DNA of 64,000 bases from NCBI GenBank assembly GCA_045635665.1, contig JAZTWC010000069.1:8532-72531 (forward strand). Direction: 5' to 3'. The position numbers and the translations under genes were made by a program. The stretch's first letter is position 1. Each line of letters starts with the position of its first letter. This stretch comes from Acutalibacteraceae bacterium (GTDB lineage Bacteria > Bacillota > Clostridia > Oscillospirales > Acutalibacteraceae). The notes beneath the pieces are model-generated. The model was not told where the DNA came from. It was given only the letters and a program-made list of their open reading frames with translations, and searched no databases. Positions 28,463 through 38,957 of the stretch are shown piece after piece.

Positions 28463-28897
28463 ATGTTAAAAAAATTTGCTAAAAATACAGCACTGTCACT
28501 TGTGTGTCTGATATTTATGAGCCTGGCTTTTACTTTTTTAGGATTTCTTATTTTTGATTTACTTGGGAAGTTGTCAATTATCGGCTTGTTAGTTTTATTT
28601 GCTATTGTGCTTTGTGTCAGCTATTTTATAGGCCGTGAATTGTATTACACCAAAGGCATTGCTTTTGTTTCAATTGTTGCAGTGCCTATGCTTATTATTG
28701 TGGCTGTAGTTACTTTGCTTATGGTGGCAATCCCTGTTGTTGCAACAATACTTCAATATCCTGGCGCTGTGTGGCTTGAAGCTCTCAATATCAAAAGTGA
28801 CAGCCTCGGTTTTGCATTTTATGTTGTGGTATTTGTGCATTATCTTGTAGTTGCTATGTCAATGCTTTTCGGTGCGTATAAGAGAAAGAGACCTTAA
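28463..28897 (+). CDS. Hypothetical polytopic membrane protein (144 aa)
   Basis: Four hydrophobic segments; AGGAGGGG RBS. Confidence 0.5.
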   Translation: MLKKFAKNTALSLVCLIFMSLAFTFLGFLIFDLLGKLSIIGLLVLFAIVLCVSYFIGRELYYTKGIAFVSIVAVPMLIIVAVVTLLMVAIPVVATILQYPGAVWLEALNIKSDSLGFAFYVVVFVHYLVVAMSMLFGAYKRKRP

Positions 28898-28927
28898 TTC
28901 CCTTTAACTTAAATCTAAATATTTAAT

Positions 28928-28959
28928 AGCTCGGTTGCAATGTGCTTCCGAGCTGTTTT
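28928..28959. terminator. Terminator hairpin between convergent genes
   Basis: AGCTCGG / CCGAGCT stem followed by GTTTT. Confidence 0.5.
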
Positions 28960-28969
28960 CATATTTATC

Positions 28970-30307
28970 TTAACTTTTTAAATTAGTTTTCACATTACTA
29001 TGATAATATGACAACAGAGACTCTTTGTTATTGTCACATTTTTCCTCGATAACGGCCTTTAAAAGCTCGTCGAGGGCAGTGCCGATGTCTTTGCCACCCA
29101 GTCCGAGACTCATCATATCTCTGCCGTTTACAGCTAAATCTTTAAGAGAAAAGCATTGGTTTTCTTTTATAATCTGCCTTGCAATTTCTTCGAGCTTATT
29201 ATAAGTTTCCTGCCGATATAGATAGTCGGGTGCAAGACCTTTGTTGTCTGCTCTTTGCAGTTTTATCAGGTCAAAGAATATCTCTTCGCCGTATTTCTGC
29301 AGTTTCTTTTTGATAGTCTTTGAGTCGGGTTCGATGGGTGTATCGTGGATTTTAACCAGATTTACAACCTTTTCTCTTGTGGCATTGTCACAGCGAAGTC
29401 TCGTAAGAGCTTCGTCTGCCTTGCGGGCGGATATTGATGCGTGAGAGTAAAAGTGGCCGACGCCATTTTCATCAAGGCTGAAACAGTCAGGCTTACCACA
29501 ATCGTGAAAAAGAGCCGCAAGCCTTAAATCTACGGCAGGGTACACAGAATCGATAACCTTTGCAGTGTGATTTAAAACATCATATATGTGGTGGAAATTG
29601 TGTTGCTCGAAGCCTTTCATCTCTTTGATTTCGGGCAGTGCAACAGATAATATATCTGAGTAAAGACTCAGGATTTTTCCGGCACTCTGACCGCAGAGAA
29701 GCTTTGAAATCTCAGTGTAAATCCTCTCGGGTGAGACGATGCTTATAAGCTCACGGCAGGTGTACATAGCATTTTCTGTGGCTTTGTCTATAGTAAATCC
29801 GAGTACTGATGCAAATCTGAGGCCGCGCAATATGCGAAGAGAGTCCTCCTGAAATCTTTCAGTTGGATTTCCCACACAGCGCAGAGTTTTACTTTTTATA
29901 TCATCCTGTCCGCCAAAGGGGTCTATTATGCCCGCTTTTGGGTTATATGCGATGGCATTGACGGTGAAGTCGCGTCTTGAAAGGTCATCGGTTATGTTTC
30001 TCGTAAAAGACACGCAGTCGGGGTGTCTTCCGTCTGAGTATGCACTTTCTTTTCTGTAGGTGGTGATTTCTATAGGATCGCCATCGAGTATTACGGTAAC
30101 AGTGCCATGCTTGATGCCGATGTCAAGTGTATGGGAGTCGGCAAAAACCGATTTAGTCTCTTCGGGGGTGGCGTTTGTTGTAATGTCAATATCATGGGGC
30201 TCTTTGCCCATAAGCATATCGCGTACACAGCCACCTACAAGATAGCACTCGTACCCCGCACTTTCGAGCTGTGTGAAGATTTTTTCGGCCTTTGACGGGA
30301 GTCGCAT
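28970..30307 (-). CDS. cca: CCA-adding tRNA nucleotidyltransferase with HD domain
   Basis: GGCVRD nucleotidyltransferase motif, RDFT(V)NA, and HD-domain residues (HHIYDV, FHDCGK). Confidence 0.88.
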   Translation of the reverse strand: MRLPSKAEKIFTQLESAGYECYLVGGCVRDMLMGKEPHDIDITTNATPEETKSVFADSHTLDIGIKHGTVTVILDGDPIEITTYRKESAYSDGRHPDCVSFTRNITDDLSRRDFTVNAIAYNPKAGIIDPFGGQDDIKSKTLRCVGNPTERFQEDSLRILRGLRFASVLGFTIDKATENAMYTCRELISIVSPERIYTEISKLLCGQSAGKILSLYSDILSVALPEIKEMKGFEQHNFHHIYDVLNHTAKVIDSVYPAVDLRLAALFHDCGKPDCFSLDENGVGHFYSHASISARKADEALTRLRCDNATREKVVNLVKIHDTPIEPDSKTIKKKLQKYGEEIFFDLIKLQRADNKGLAPDYLYRQETYNKLEEIARQIIKENQCFSLKDLAVNGRDMMSLGLGGKDIGTALDELLKAVIEEKCDNNKESLLSYYHSNVKTNLKS

Positions 30308-30363
30308 ATAATCACCTCATTTCCCGCTTATTATACACCGAAGTGTTAAATTTTTCAATAAGG

Positions 30364-30392
30364 TTGCAAAATGTGCCGTTTTTTGATAAAAT
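30364..30392 (+). promoter_or_regulatory. Putative promoter TTGCAA-17-TAAAAT (extended TG)
   Basis: TTGCAAaatgtgccgttttttgaTAAAAT, upstream of the large surface-protein gene. Confidence 0.45.
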
Positions 30393-30428
30393 ACTATAAT
30401 GTACTTTTCTAAGAGAAGGAATGAAACT

Positions 30429-33400
30429 ATGTTAAAAAACAAGAGAAAAACATTTTTATATATTATGTCACTTGTGGTTGCAATGGCACTCACAGCTTGT
30501 CTCGGTGCGGTTTCTCCTGCTAAGGCAGATAGCTTTGAAGATGAAATCGCTGCCTTCCCCGAAAGTTACAGACCTTATCTTCGTGAGCTTCACGAGAAGT
30601 ATCCTCTTTGGACTTTTGTACCGTTTGAGACAGGTCTTGACTGGACTACAGTAATCGACAACGAGTTCGGCACAAAAAATCTCATTGACAACAATGCTTC
30701 AAGTGATAACCTCAAAAGCCGTGAGTCAGGACATTATAATTTTTCAACGGGTAAGTATATTCAGAAAGACAGCGGTTTTGTAGTAGCCAGCCGTCTTGCA
30801 GTTGAATACTATATGGACCCGAGAAACTTCCTTAATGAAGAGGGTATCTTCCAGTTTGAACAGCTGACTTTCAGTGATACCATTACTGTAGAGGACGTGG
30901 AAAGTGTACTTAAAGGCACGTTTATGTCTGACAAGAAAATCACCTATTACACATCAGCAGGCGAAAAGAAAACAACCTCCAAAACCTATGCTCAGGTTAT
31001 CTTTGAAGCGGGTCAGGAGTATAATGTAAATCCCTGCTATCTTGCATCTAAAATCAGAAATGAAGTAGGTGCAGATGGTAGTGCAAGTGTTTCCGGTACT
31101 CACTCGGTATATCCCGGTATCTATAATTTCTACAATATCGGTGCTACTGACGGTGCAGGTGCTATAACCAGAGGTCTTCAGTGGGCAAGCAGTGGCAGTA
31201 CTTATCAGAGACCCTGGAATACACCTGTTAAATCCATCAAGGGTGGTGCCGCTTACATAGCAGAAAAGTATGTGGATAAAGGTCAGTTTACAGGTTATCT
31301 TCAGAAGTTTAACGTAAACAAAGCCACCGGCTCGTTATATCTTCATCAGTATATGTCAAATCTTACGGGTGCCTGCTCTCAGGGATATACAAACTATACA
31401 GCCTATGCCAAGACAGGCAATCTTTATCAGGCTTACGTTTTCTCGATTCCCGTATATAACAATATGCCCTCGGAGGATAAAGACTATCAGTCAGCTATAA
31501 ATGCAGACAGTCTTGTGCAGTATGCTAAGATAAATGCTTCAACCTCGCGAGTACGCACAGGTCCTTCAACAGGCAATGCTCAGCTTACAGATAAAAACGG
31601 CAGTGGTATTGTTTTGTCAAAGGGTCACGAGGTCAGAATAATTTCAAAGGTCTTTACAGACTCAAAATATTATATCAATCAGCTCAAATATCCCCATTGG
31701 GTAAAGGTTAAATTTGACTATGAGTCAAAGAGCTACACAGGTTATGTGCCTGAAGATTTTATCACCCTTTCCTCATATACTTCCGTTGGTAAAGGGTCTC
31801 ATACCGTAGGTAACTTAGGCGGTAATCAGACAGGTCTGAGACTGATTTCTTCCAACTACAGCATAGCTAAGGTTACCGCAGCGAATACTGTCAATTTCCT
31901 GGGGACAGGAACAGTGTACCTGACATCATATGACTCAACAGGCAGATATGACATAGTCAAGTATGTCGTCTCTGATTCCGCTGTGGCTAAACCAACAAAG
32001 CTTACAGTCACAGCTACGGATAACAGTATCAAGGTCACAACCAATGCTGTCAGTGGTGCTACAAAATATGCATTCGGTATCAGCGATGAAAACGGCAATA
32101 TAGTCGAAAATAAATCCTCTACGGGGCGAAGTGTGACTTTCTCGTCACTTAAAAAGGGCATGGAGTATACTGTCAGTGCAAGAGCATTGCTTGATAAGAC
32201 AACCGTCAGCATATACAGCGCGAGTCTTACAAAAAAGGTCAGCACAAGCGGCACTGCCGGTACACCCGACAAAGTGCAGAATTTCAGAGCTGAGAATGTA
32301 GGTAGCGATGTTGAGTTCAGCTGGACAGAAGTACCCGGTTGCACAGGTTATATAATTTACGGCTATGAGGCCGCAACCGGAAGCTATACTGAAATTGCCG
32401 ATTCTATTTACGGCTTCAGCAGTATGTATATTGATGTTTATTCTCTCGTTTATGACGAGTACTATATTGCAGCTTACACCGATATAGACGGTGAGGTTGT
32501 TTATGGTGATTACTCGGATCCTGTAACTGTAACACTTGTTCCTGCCGTACCTCAGAATCTTGCGGCAACGAGTATCAAGACAACATCTTTCAAGCTCACA
32601 TGGGATGCTGCTGAGTATGCAACATCATATAATGTTTACGAGATTTCAAAGGGCAGTCCCGTGCTGATTGCCAATACAGAGAAAACGTCTTACACAGTTA
32701 AAAATCTTGCTCCCGGCACAGATTCGGCTTATGCTGTTGCAGGTGCAGGTGATGGTGTTGTTTCAGATGTATCGGCACCCATTTATGTTATGACACTTCC
32801 CGATAAGGTTTCAGGTCTCAAGAGCAGTAATGTTACGGAAAATGCAGTGACTCTTAAGTGGAGTGATGCCAAAGGTGCCTTCAGTTATAAAGTTTATATG
32901 CTCACTGGCGGTGAGTATGTGCAGATAGCTGAGTGCGATGATGTAAAATACACAGCCCAAAACCTCAGTGAAATAACCGATTATACTTTCAGAGTTTCCG
33001 CGGTGGCTCAGAGCGAGCGCACGACTCAGGAAGGTTCGATGAGTGATACGCTTCAGGTTTCAACGGCTCTGAGCAAGGTTCTTGATGTTTCCGTTGACAA
33101 TGTTCAGGGTAACAATGTTACTCTTTCCTGGCAGGAGCATCCGTATGCTCAGAAGTATGCGGTCTATGTTTATTCCGACTCGAAGAAAGCCTATGTTGAA
33201 AAGGCGGTGACAGAAGACGCATATGCAACTGTGACAGGCCTAAAATACAATAAAGAATACACCTTTGCAGTCAAGGCTATCGCCGTTAAAAACGAGCTGG
33301 AGATTTACTCAGATTACAGTGACACTGCAGGTGCGGCAACGGCTTATCCCGTACCTGAAAATATCAAGGTCAGCGATGTCAAATCCGCTTCATACAAGCT

Positions 33401-34436
33401 TTCCTGGAATGCTATTCCTGAGGCTGACAGCTATAGGGTTTACCGACTTAAAAACGACAGCTACGAGCTCCTTTCCGGTGTATCCACAAACTATTACACT
33501 GTGGGCAGTCTCTCATTTGGTCAGATAGATACCTATAAGATTACGGCAGTGTACAAGGAAGGCTCGAAAAAATACGAGAGTAACTACTCCGAGGAGATTA
33601 TAGCGGCAACAACACCGGCTACGGTCAAAAATTTCACTGCCAAGGCTTATATGAGAACAGTTAAGCTCAGCTGGAACGCAGTAGAAAATGCTGATTGCTA
33701 TAACATCTATCTTCTCGAGGGTGAAAAACACGTGCTGCTTGATACGGTAACAGGTACATCCTGCAAAATTCAGGAGCTTGTTCCCGGTGGTGAATACACA
33801 TTCTATATCAGAGCATATATCAGACTTACCAACTCAACGGTCAAGGGCTCAATGACCAGTGTCAGTGCTGTAACAAAGCCCGAGAAAGTCGAGAAGCTGA
33901 CTATCAGCGGTGTGGGTGCAACATATCACACTCTTAACTGGGAAGAGGCTGAGGGTGCAAACTATTATCACATTTATCAGTACTCATCAAAAGAGAAAGC
34001 TTATGTGGTAGTTGCCAAGACTAAAAAACTCAGTTATAAATTTGAGGGACTCACATCAGGCAAAACTTATGGCTATAAGGTCAGAAGTGTCTATACAAAA
34101 GCAGGAAAAGATGATGTCCTCGGTGATGTATCGGCTGTGTTCAAGTTTACTACTAAACCTGCTAAGACAACAGAGCTCAAGTCATCATCAATAACTGCAA
34201 ATTCATTCAAGCTCAGTTGGAAGAAAGTCAGCGGTGCTACTTATTATCAGGTGGCTGTCTATGACAAAGAGAAAGGCGCATATGTAACCTACGGTACAAG
34301 CGATACAAATTCAATCACTTTCAAAAATCTGAGCAAAGCAACAACTTATAAGGTTAAAGTCAGAACTGTAAAAGAGTATGAGGGTAAGAAATACTACGGC
34401 AGTTATTCCTCTGTGCTTTCGGTCAAAACCAAATAA
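30429..34436 (+). CDS. Large secreted protein: GH73-like N-acetylglucosaminidase domain, SH3b domain, Ig-like segment, nine FN3-like repeats
   Basis: Signal peptide ending in AKA. NVNPCYLASKIRNEVG...YNFYNIGA resembles the PF01832 glucosaminidase core. An SH3b-like segment is present (SRVRTGPS...WVKVKF...GYVPEDFI). Nine repeats follow the pattern L.W..V.GA..Y.VY. Confidence 0.65.
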   Translation: MLKNKRKTFLYIMSLVVAMALTACLGAVSPAKADSFEDEIAAFPESYRPYLRELHEKYPLWTFVPFETGLDWTTVIDNEFGTKNLIDNNASSDNLKSRESGHYNFSTGKYIQKDSGFVVASRLAVEYYMDPRNFLNEEGIFQFEQLTFSDTITVEDVESVLKGTFMSDKKITYYTSAGEKKTTSKTYAQVIFEAGQEYNVNPCYLASKIRNEVGADGSASVSGTHSVYPGIYNFYNIGATDGAGAITRGLQWASSGSTYQRPWNTPVKSIKGGAAYIAEKYVDKGQFTGYLQKFNVNKATGSLYLHQYMSNLTGACSQGYTNYTAYAKTGNLYQAYVFSIPVYNNMPSEDKDYQSAINADSLVQYAKINASTSRVRTGPSTGNAQLTDKNGSGIVLSKGHEVRIISKVFTDSKYYINQLKYPHWVKVKFDYESKSYTGYVPEDFITLSSYTSVGKGSHTVGNLGGNQTGLRLISSNYSIAKVTAANTVNFLGTGTVYLTSYDSTGRYDIVKYVVSDSAVAKPTKLTVTATDNSIKVTTNAVSGATKYAFGISDENGNIVENKSSTGRSVTFSSLKKGMEYTVSARALLDKTTVSIYSASLTKKVSTSGTAGTPDKVQNFRAENVGSDVEFSWTEVPGCTGYIIYGYEAATGSYTEIADSIYGFSSMYIDVYSLVYDEYYIAAYTDIDGEVVYGDYSDPVTVTLVPAVPQNLAATSIKTTSFKLTWDAAEYATSYNVYEISKGSPVLIANTEKTSYTVKNLAPGTDSAYAVAGAGDGVVSDVSAPIYVMTLPDKVSGLKSSNVTENAVTLKWSDAKGAFSYKVYMLTGGEYVQIAECDDVKYTAQNLSEITDYTFRVSAVAQSERTTQEGSMSDTLQVSTALSKVLDVSVDNVQGNNVTLSWQEHPYAQKYAVYVYSDSKKAYVEKAVTEDAYATVTGLKYNKEYTFAVKAIAVKNELEIYSDYSDTAGAATAYPVPENIKVSDVKSASYKLSWNAIPEADSYRVYRLKNDSYELLSGVSTNYYTVGSLSFGQIDTYKITAVYKEGSKKYESNYSEEIIAATTPATVKNFTAKAYMRTVKLSWNAVENADCYNIYLLEGEKHVLLDTVTGTSCKIQELVPGGEYTFYIRAYIRLTNSTVKGSMTSVSAVTKPEKVEKLTISGVGATYHTLNWEEAEGANYYHIYQYSSKEKAYVVVAKTKKLSYKFEGLTSGKTYGYKVRSVYTKAGKDDVLGDVSAVFKFTTKPAKTTELKSSSITANSFKLSWKKVSGATYYQVAVYDKEKGAYVTYGTSDTNSITFKNLSKATTYKVKVRTVKEYEGKKYYGSYSSVLSVKTK

Positions 34437-34501
34437 GTTTGCGCTTACAGGGTGAATAAAGGTGCAATTTAAAATTTTTGCAGTAATTTTGCAGTTTTTT
34501 A

Positions 34502-34530
34502 TTGACAAATCGAAGATAGATATATATAAT
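34502..34530 (+). promoter_or_regulatory. Consensus promoter TTGACA-17-TATAAT
   Basis: TTGACAaatcgaagatagatataTATAAT, upstream of yceD-rpmF. Confidence 0.6.
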
Positions 34531-34555
34531 GTTATTCGTTAATATGAGGTGAGTT

Positions 34556-35050
34556 ATGTTTATTGAACTTGAAAACTTGTTTAATGGCGGTATAACTGAG
34601 GTACCACTCAACTTTGAATTTGACTTTTCCGGTGAGGAGATTGACGGTGTGTTTCCATTCACGACACCTGTTAAGCTTCAGGGTAAGGTTGAAAATGTTG
34701 CCGAGATAGTATCAGTTAAAGCCACAGCTACTTTCAGTATGGATGTGGATTGTTGCAGATGTGCTGAAGAGCTCACACTTGATATGGAAGTTCCCGTTGA
34801 ACATATCCTCGTAACTGAGCTTCAGAATGAAGAAACTGATGAGTTCATCATCGTTGAAGATATGAAGCTTGATATTGAGAGACTCACTTTAGAAGACATT
34901 TACTTTGCTCTGCCGAGTAAGGTTCTCTGCGACGATGATTGCAAGGGTCTTTGCTCAAAGTGCGGTGCGAATTTAAATGAAGGTCCATGCGGTTGCAAGA
35001 AAGACATCGATCCTCGTTTCGAGGCACTCCTTGGTCTTCTGGACGAATAA
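34556..35050 (+). CDS. yceD: YceD/DUF177 family protein (large-subunit rRNA accumulation protein)
   Basis: C-terminal CxxxCxGLCxxCGxNLNxxxCxC motif; conserved position directly upstream of rpmF. Confidence 0.85.
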   Translation: MFIELENLFNGGITEVPLNFEFDFSGEEIDGVFPFTTPVKLQGKVENVAEIVSVKATATFSMDVDCCRCAEELTLDMEVPVEHILVTELQNEETDEFIIVEDMKLDIERLTLEDIYFALPSKVLCDDDCKGLCSKCGANLNEGPCGCKKDIDPRFEALLGLLDE

Positions 35051-35090
35051 GTAAGTTTAACTTTAATATTATAAAAGGAGGTGCTGAAAG

Positions 35091-35276
35091 ATGGCAGTAC
35101 CAAAGAGAAGAGTATCAAAGGCAAGAAGAGATAAGAGACGTTCAAATGTATGGAAGCTTGACGCTCCCACACTTGTAAGATGCAAGCAGTGTGGTGCATA
35201 CACTGTACCCCACAAGGTTTGCGGTGAATGCGGCTATTACAAAGGTAAGCAGGTTGTTGTTAAGGACGAAGACTAA
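35091..35276 (+). CDS. rpmF: 50S ribosomal protein L32
   Basis: MAVPKRRVSKARRDKRR N-terminus with a CxxC...CxxC zinc ribbon. Confidence 0.95.
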   Translation: MAVPKRRVSKARRDKRRSNVWKLDAPTLVRCKQCGAYTVPHKVCGECGYYKGKQVVVKDED

Positions 35277-35294
35277 GCCTTTGGAACTTTGAGA

Positions 35295-35328
35295 GGTGGA
35301 GAAGTTAACTTCTTCACCTTTATTTTTT
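35295..35328 (+). terminator. rpmF terminator
   Basis: GGTGGAGAAG / CTTCTTCACC stem followed by TTTATTTTTT. Confidence 0.7.
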
Positions 35329-35351
35329 AATTAACGGAAAGGAGTTATTTT

Positions 35352-36653
35352 ATGTCAGTTTTAATTAAGGATGTTATAAAAAATTCACCCGCTTATAAAA
35401 AAGGCATAATGGCTGGGGATAGCCTCATAAAAATATCAGGTCATGAAATAACAGACTTTCTTGACTATCAGTTTTATACCAAAGATAACAAAATCAGTGT
35501 TGTATATGAAAGAGACGGCAAAACCAAGGCGGTCTGGATAAAAAAGAGCGAAGAAGAAGATCTTGGTCTCGAGTTTGAAACTTATCTTATGGACAAGGAA
35601 AGACGCTGTAAGAATAAGTGCATTTTCTGTTTTATCGATCAGAATCCTAAGGGTATGAGAGAGTCAATTTATTTTAAAGATGATGACTCAAGATTGTCAT
35701 TCCTTTTTGGTAACTATATCACTCTGACAAATCTCAGCGAGCGTGATGTAGAGAAGATTATAGAGATGCATATAAGTCCCGTCAATGTCAGTGTGCACAC
35801 TATGAATAAAGAACTGCGTGTGCATATGATGAAAAATAAAAATGCGGGTGAAAGCCTTGGCATACTTCATCGCCTTGCTGAAAAGGGCATAGCTATCAAT
35901 ACACAGCTTGTACTGTGCCCCGGCATAAATGACGGTGAGGAGCTTCGCTACTCCTTGGATGAGCTTGAAAAGCTTTGTCCGAGTCTTCAGAGCATTGCCT
36001 GTGTACCCGTGGGTGTAACTAAGCACCGCGATGGTCTTTTTGATATGCCTGAATACAGCAAAGAAACTGCAAGCGAAGTTATTGATATAGTAAATGAATA
36101 CGGCGAGAAATTCAAAGAGAGATACGGAACAAGACTCGTATATGCTGCCGATGAGTTTTATCTCAAATCGGGCAGAACTCTCCCCGACGGAGAGTACTAC
36201 GAAACCTACTGTCAGATTGAAAACGGTGTAGGTATGTGGACTTCGATGAAAGAGGAGTTTCTCTTTGAAATAGAAAACTGCGAGGAAAGTGACCCTGAAA
36301 GTCATGTCAGTGTGGCTACAGGTGTTGCTGCTTATCCTCTGATAAAAGAGCTTGCAGAAATTTTCCAAAAGAAGTATAATAAAAGCAAAATAGATGTTTA
36401 TGAAATAAAAAATGACTTTTTCGGTCACAGTATAACTGTTGCAGGTCTTATTGTCGGTAACGACCTTATCGGTCAGCTCAAGGGTAAACCTCTTGCTGAA
36501 ACTCTGGCGATACCCTCAGTTATGCTCAGAAGTGAGGGTGATCTTTTCCTCGACGGTGTAAGCACTGAAGATGTGGAAAGAGAGCTCGGTGTGACTCTTA
36601 AAGTCGATGACTGCACAGGCGGCAGTCTCTTCGGCTCATTTATGGGCCAATAA
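35352..36653 (+). CDS. DUF512 family radical-SAM-like protein with N-terminal PDZ domain
   Basis: PDZ-like N-terminus (PAYKKGIMAGDSLIKISG), CKNKCIFCF (CxxxCxxC) cluster, conserved position upstream of der in Clostridia. Confidence 0.75.
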   Translation: MSVLIKDVIKNSPAYKKGIMAGDSLIKISGHEITDFLDYQFYTKDNKISVVYERDGKTKAVWIKKSEEEDLGLEFETYLMDKERRCKNKCIFCFIDQNPKGMRESIYFKDDDSRLSFLFGNYITLTNLSERDVEKIIEMHISPVNVSVHTMNKELRVHMMKNKNAGESLGILHRLAEKGIAINTQLVLCPGINDGEELRYSLDELEKLCPSLQSIACVPVGVTKHRDGLFDMPEYSKETASEVIDIVNEYGEKFKERYGTRLVYAADEFYLKSGRTLPDGEYYETYCQIENGVGMWTSMKEEFLFEIENCEESDPESHVSVATGVAAYPLIKELAEIFQKKYNKSKIDVYEIKNDFFGHSITVAGLIVGNDLIGQLKGKPLAETLAIPSVMLRSEGDLFLDGVSTEDVERELGVTLKVDDCTGGSLFGSFMGQ

Positions 36654-36674
36654 TAAAAAAGGAAGGTGAATGAA

Positions 36675-37997
36675 ATGGCAAGACCAATCGTTGCAATTGT
36701 AGGCAGACCTAATGTAGGTAAGTCTACCCTTTTTAACAAGCTTATCGGTCAGCGACTGTCTATTGTTGATGACACACCAGGTGTTACACGAGACAGAATT
36801 TACGGTGACTGTGAGTGGCTCAACCGTCATTTTCTTCTTATTGATACGGGCGGTATTGAACCCCACTCAGATGATATAATTTTAAAGCAGATGCGTCGTC
36901 AGGCTCAGCTTGCTATCGACTCAGCTGATGTTATTGTACTTGTTACAGATTTACATTCAGGTGTTGTTGCCACCGACGAAGATGTTGCGGCTATGCTTCT
37001 TAAGAGTAATAAGCCCATTGTGCTTTGCGTAAACAAGTGCGACAAAGTCGGTGAGCCACCTCTTGAATTCTATGAGTTCTATAACTTAGGTCTCGGTGAT
37101 CCTATTGCTGTGTCTTCAGTTCACGGTCACGGTACCGGCGACCTTCTCGACGAAGTTATGAAATATCTCCCCGCAGACGAGGAAGAAGAAATCGACGACA
37201 GTACAATCAAGGTTGCGGTTATCGGTAAGCCAAACGTTGGTAAATCTTCACTCATCAATGCGATTTCAGGTGAAGAGAGAGCTATCGTTTCAAATATTGC
37301 AGGTACTACCAGAGACGCTACCGACACTTTCATCACTAATGAGTTCGGCGAGTTTATGTTTATTGACACGGCGGGTCTCAGACGTAAAAGTAAGGTTGAA
37401 GATCAGATTGAAAAATACAGCGTTATCAGAGCTAAAATGGCTGTTGAAAGAGCAACTGTATGTGTTATTATGATAGATGCACTCGAAGGTTTCACCGAGC
37501 AGGACAGCAAGGTTGCAGGTATTGCTCACGAAATGGGTAAGGCTTGTATAATCGCTGTAAATAAATGGGATGCCCTCGAAAAAGACGGCAAGACTATGGA
37601 TAGTTACAGAAAGAAACTTATGAATGACTTCTCATTTATGTCCTATGCACCTATTATCTTTATCTCAGCTAAAACAGGTCAGCGTCTCGACAGACTCTTT
37701 GAGCTTATCAAGTTTGTTGATGAGCAGAATTCAATGCGTATTTCAACAGGTAAGCTCAATGACGTACTCGCTGCCGCGACAGCAAGAGTACAGCCACCTA
37801 CAGATAAGGGTAAGAGACTTAAGATTTATTATATGACTCAGGCGTCTACAAGACCGCCCACGTTTGTTTGCTTTGTCAATGATAAAGAGCTGTTCCATTA
37901 CAGTTATCAGCGTTATCTTGACAACCAGATTCGTGAAATTTTCGGCCTTGAAGGTACACCGACTAAGTTTGTTGTCCGTGAACGCGATGGCAAATAA
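36675..37997 (+). CDS. der: Ribosome-biogenesis GTPase Der (EngA)
   Basis: Two G domains (GRPNVGKST and GKPNVGKSS, DTGG/DTAG, NKCD/NKWD) plus a KH-like C-terminus. Start at MARPIVAIVG. Confidence 0.93.
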   Translation: MARPIVAIVGRPNVGKSTLFNKLIGQRLSIVDDTPGVTRDRIYGDCEWLNRHFLLIDTGGIEPHSDDIILKQMRRQAQLAIDSADVIVLVTDLHSGVVATDEDVAAMLLKSNKPIVLCVNKCDKVGEPPLEFYEFYNLGLGDPIAVSSVHGHGTGDLLDEVMKYLPADEEEEIDDSTIKVAVIGKPNVGKSSLINAISGEERAIVSNIAGTTRDATDTFITNEFGEFMFIDTAGLRRKSKVEDQIEKYSVIRAKMAVERATVCVIMIDALEGFTEQDSKVAGIAHEMGKACIIAVNKWDALEKDGKTMDSYRKKLMNDFSFMSYAPIIFISAKTGQRLDRLFELIKFVDEQNSMRISTGKLNDVLAAATARVQPPTDKGKRLKIYYMTQASTRPPTFVCFVNDKELFHYSYQRYLDNQIREIFGLEGTPTKFVVRERDGK

Positions 37998-38021
37998 TTA
38001 AACTTAAAGGATTGATATGCT

Positions 38022-38957
38022 ATGTCAGTAAAGCTCAGCCTTATAGTGCCCTGCTATAATGAGGAGGGTAATGTTGAAAATTTCCTCAAAGAGACAAGAG
38101 AGGTAATGAAATCTTACACCGACTCATATGAGATTATTTTTGTCAATGACGGAAGTAAAGACTCTACCCCAAAAAAGCTCAGAGAAATTTTCAATGAAAA
38201 CAAAGATATGAATATCAAGGTGATTAACTTTTCGCGTAACTTTGGTAAGGAAGCTGCTATGTATGCAGGCTTTACTCAGGCTGTGGGCGAGTACATCACC
38301 ATAATCGATGCTGATTTGCAACAAGACCCCAAGTACGCAGTGGAAATGGCTAAGATACTCGATAGTAACCCCGACTGCGATATGGTTGCTGCCTATCAGG
38401 CTCATCGCAAAGAGGGTAAGGCTCTCTCAAAAGGCAAGCACTTGTTTTATAAGACTATCAGCAAGATGACCGGCATAGATTTTATCAGTGATGCAAGTGA
38501 TTTCCGCACTCTTCGCAAGTGCGTAGCCGATACAATAGTGGCTCTGCCTGAATATCATCGCTTTTCCAAAGGTATATTCTCATGGGTAGGTTACAATACT
38601 GTTTCTATTCCATATGAGGTCAGAGAGCGTGAAAGCGGAGAAACCAAGTGGAATCTTAAAAAGCTCATTGCTTATGCTTTCGAAGGCATTATGGCTTATA
38701 CCGATAAGCCGCTGAAATTGCCTCTGTATCTTGGATTGGCTATGCTTATTATGGCTGTTATCCTTGGTGTAATCGGCTTTATTGTGCCTTATTACGGCAT
38801 TATTTCTGCTGTACTGTTTGTGGGTTCACTTGTGCTCATTTGTCAGGGTATAAGCGGTGCTTATCTCGGCAAAGTGCACACTCAGGTCAAAGACAGACCA
38901 ATATTTATTGCAAAAGAGATTTTAACTTATGAACACTCTCAAAAATCTGATAATTAA
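38022..38957 (+). CDS. Family 2 glycosyltransferase, GtrB/polyprenyl-phosphate glycosyltransferase type, with C-terminal TM helices
   Basis: LSLIVPCYNEE, VNDGSKD and IDADLQQDP (DxD) motifs; two C-terminal TM segments. Confidence 0.85.
   Translation: MSVKLSLIVPCYNEEGNVENFLKETREVMKSYTDSYEIIFVNDGSKDSTPKKLREIFNENKDMNIKVINFSRNFGKEAAMYAGFTQAVGEYITIIDADLQQDPKYAVEMAKILDSNPDCDMVAAYQAHRKEGKALSKGKHLFYKTISKMTGIDFISDASDFRTLRKCVADTIVALPEYHRFSKGIFSWVGYNTVSIPYEVRERESGETKWNLKKLIAYAFEGIMAYTDKPLKLPLYLGLAMLIMAVILGVIGFIVPYYGIISAVLFVGSLVLICQGISGAYLGKVHTQVKDRPIFIAKEILTYEHSQKSDN

Noticed and set aside
35697-36428. 243-aa ORF antisense to the DUF512 radical-SAM gene
   Set aside because: A shadow ORF within a conserved gene. 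No RBS, and the composition is implausible (rich in Phe, Ile, Tyr and Lys).
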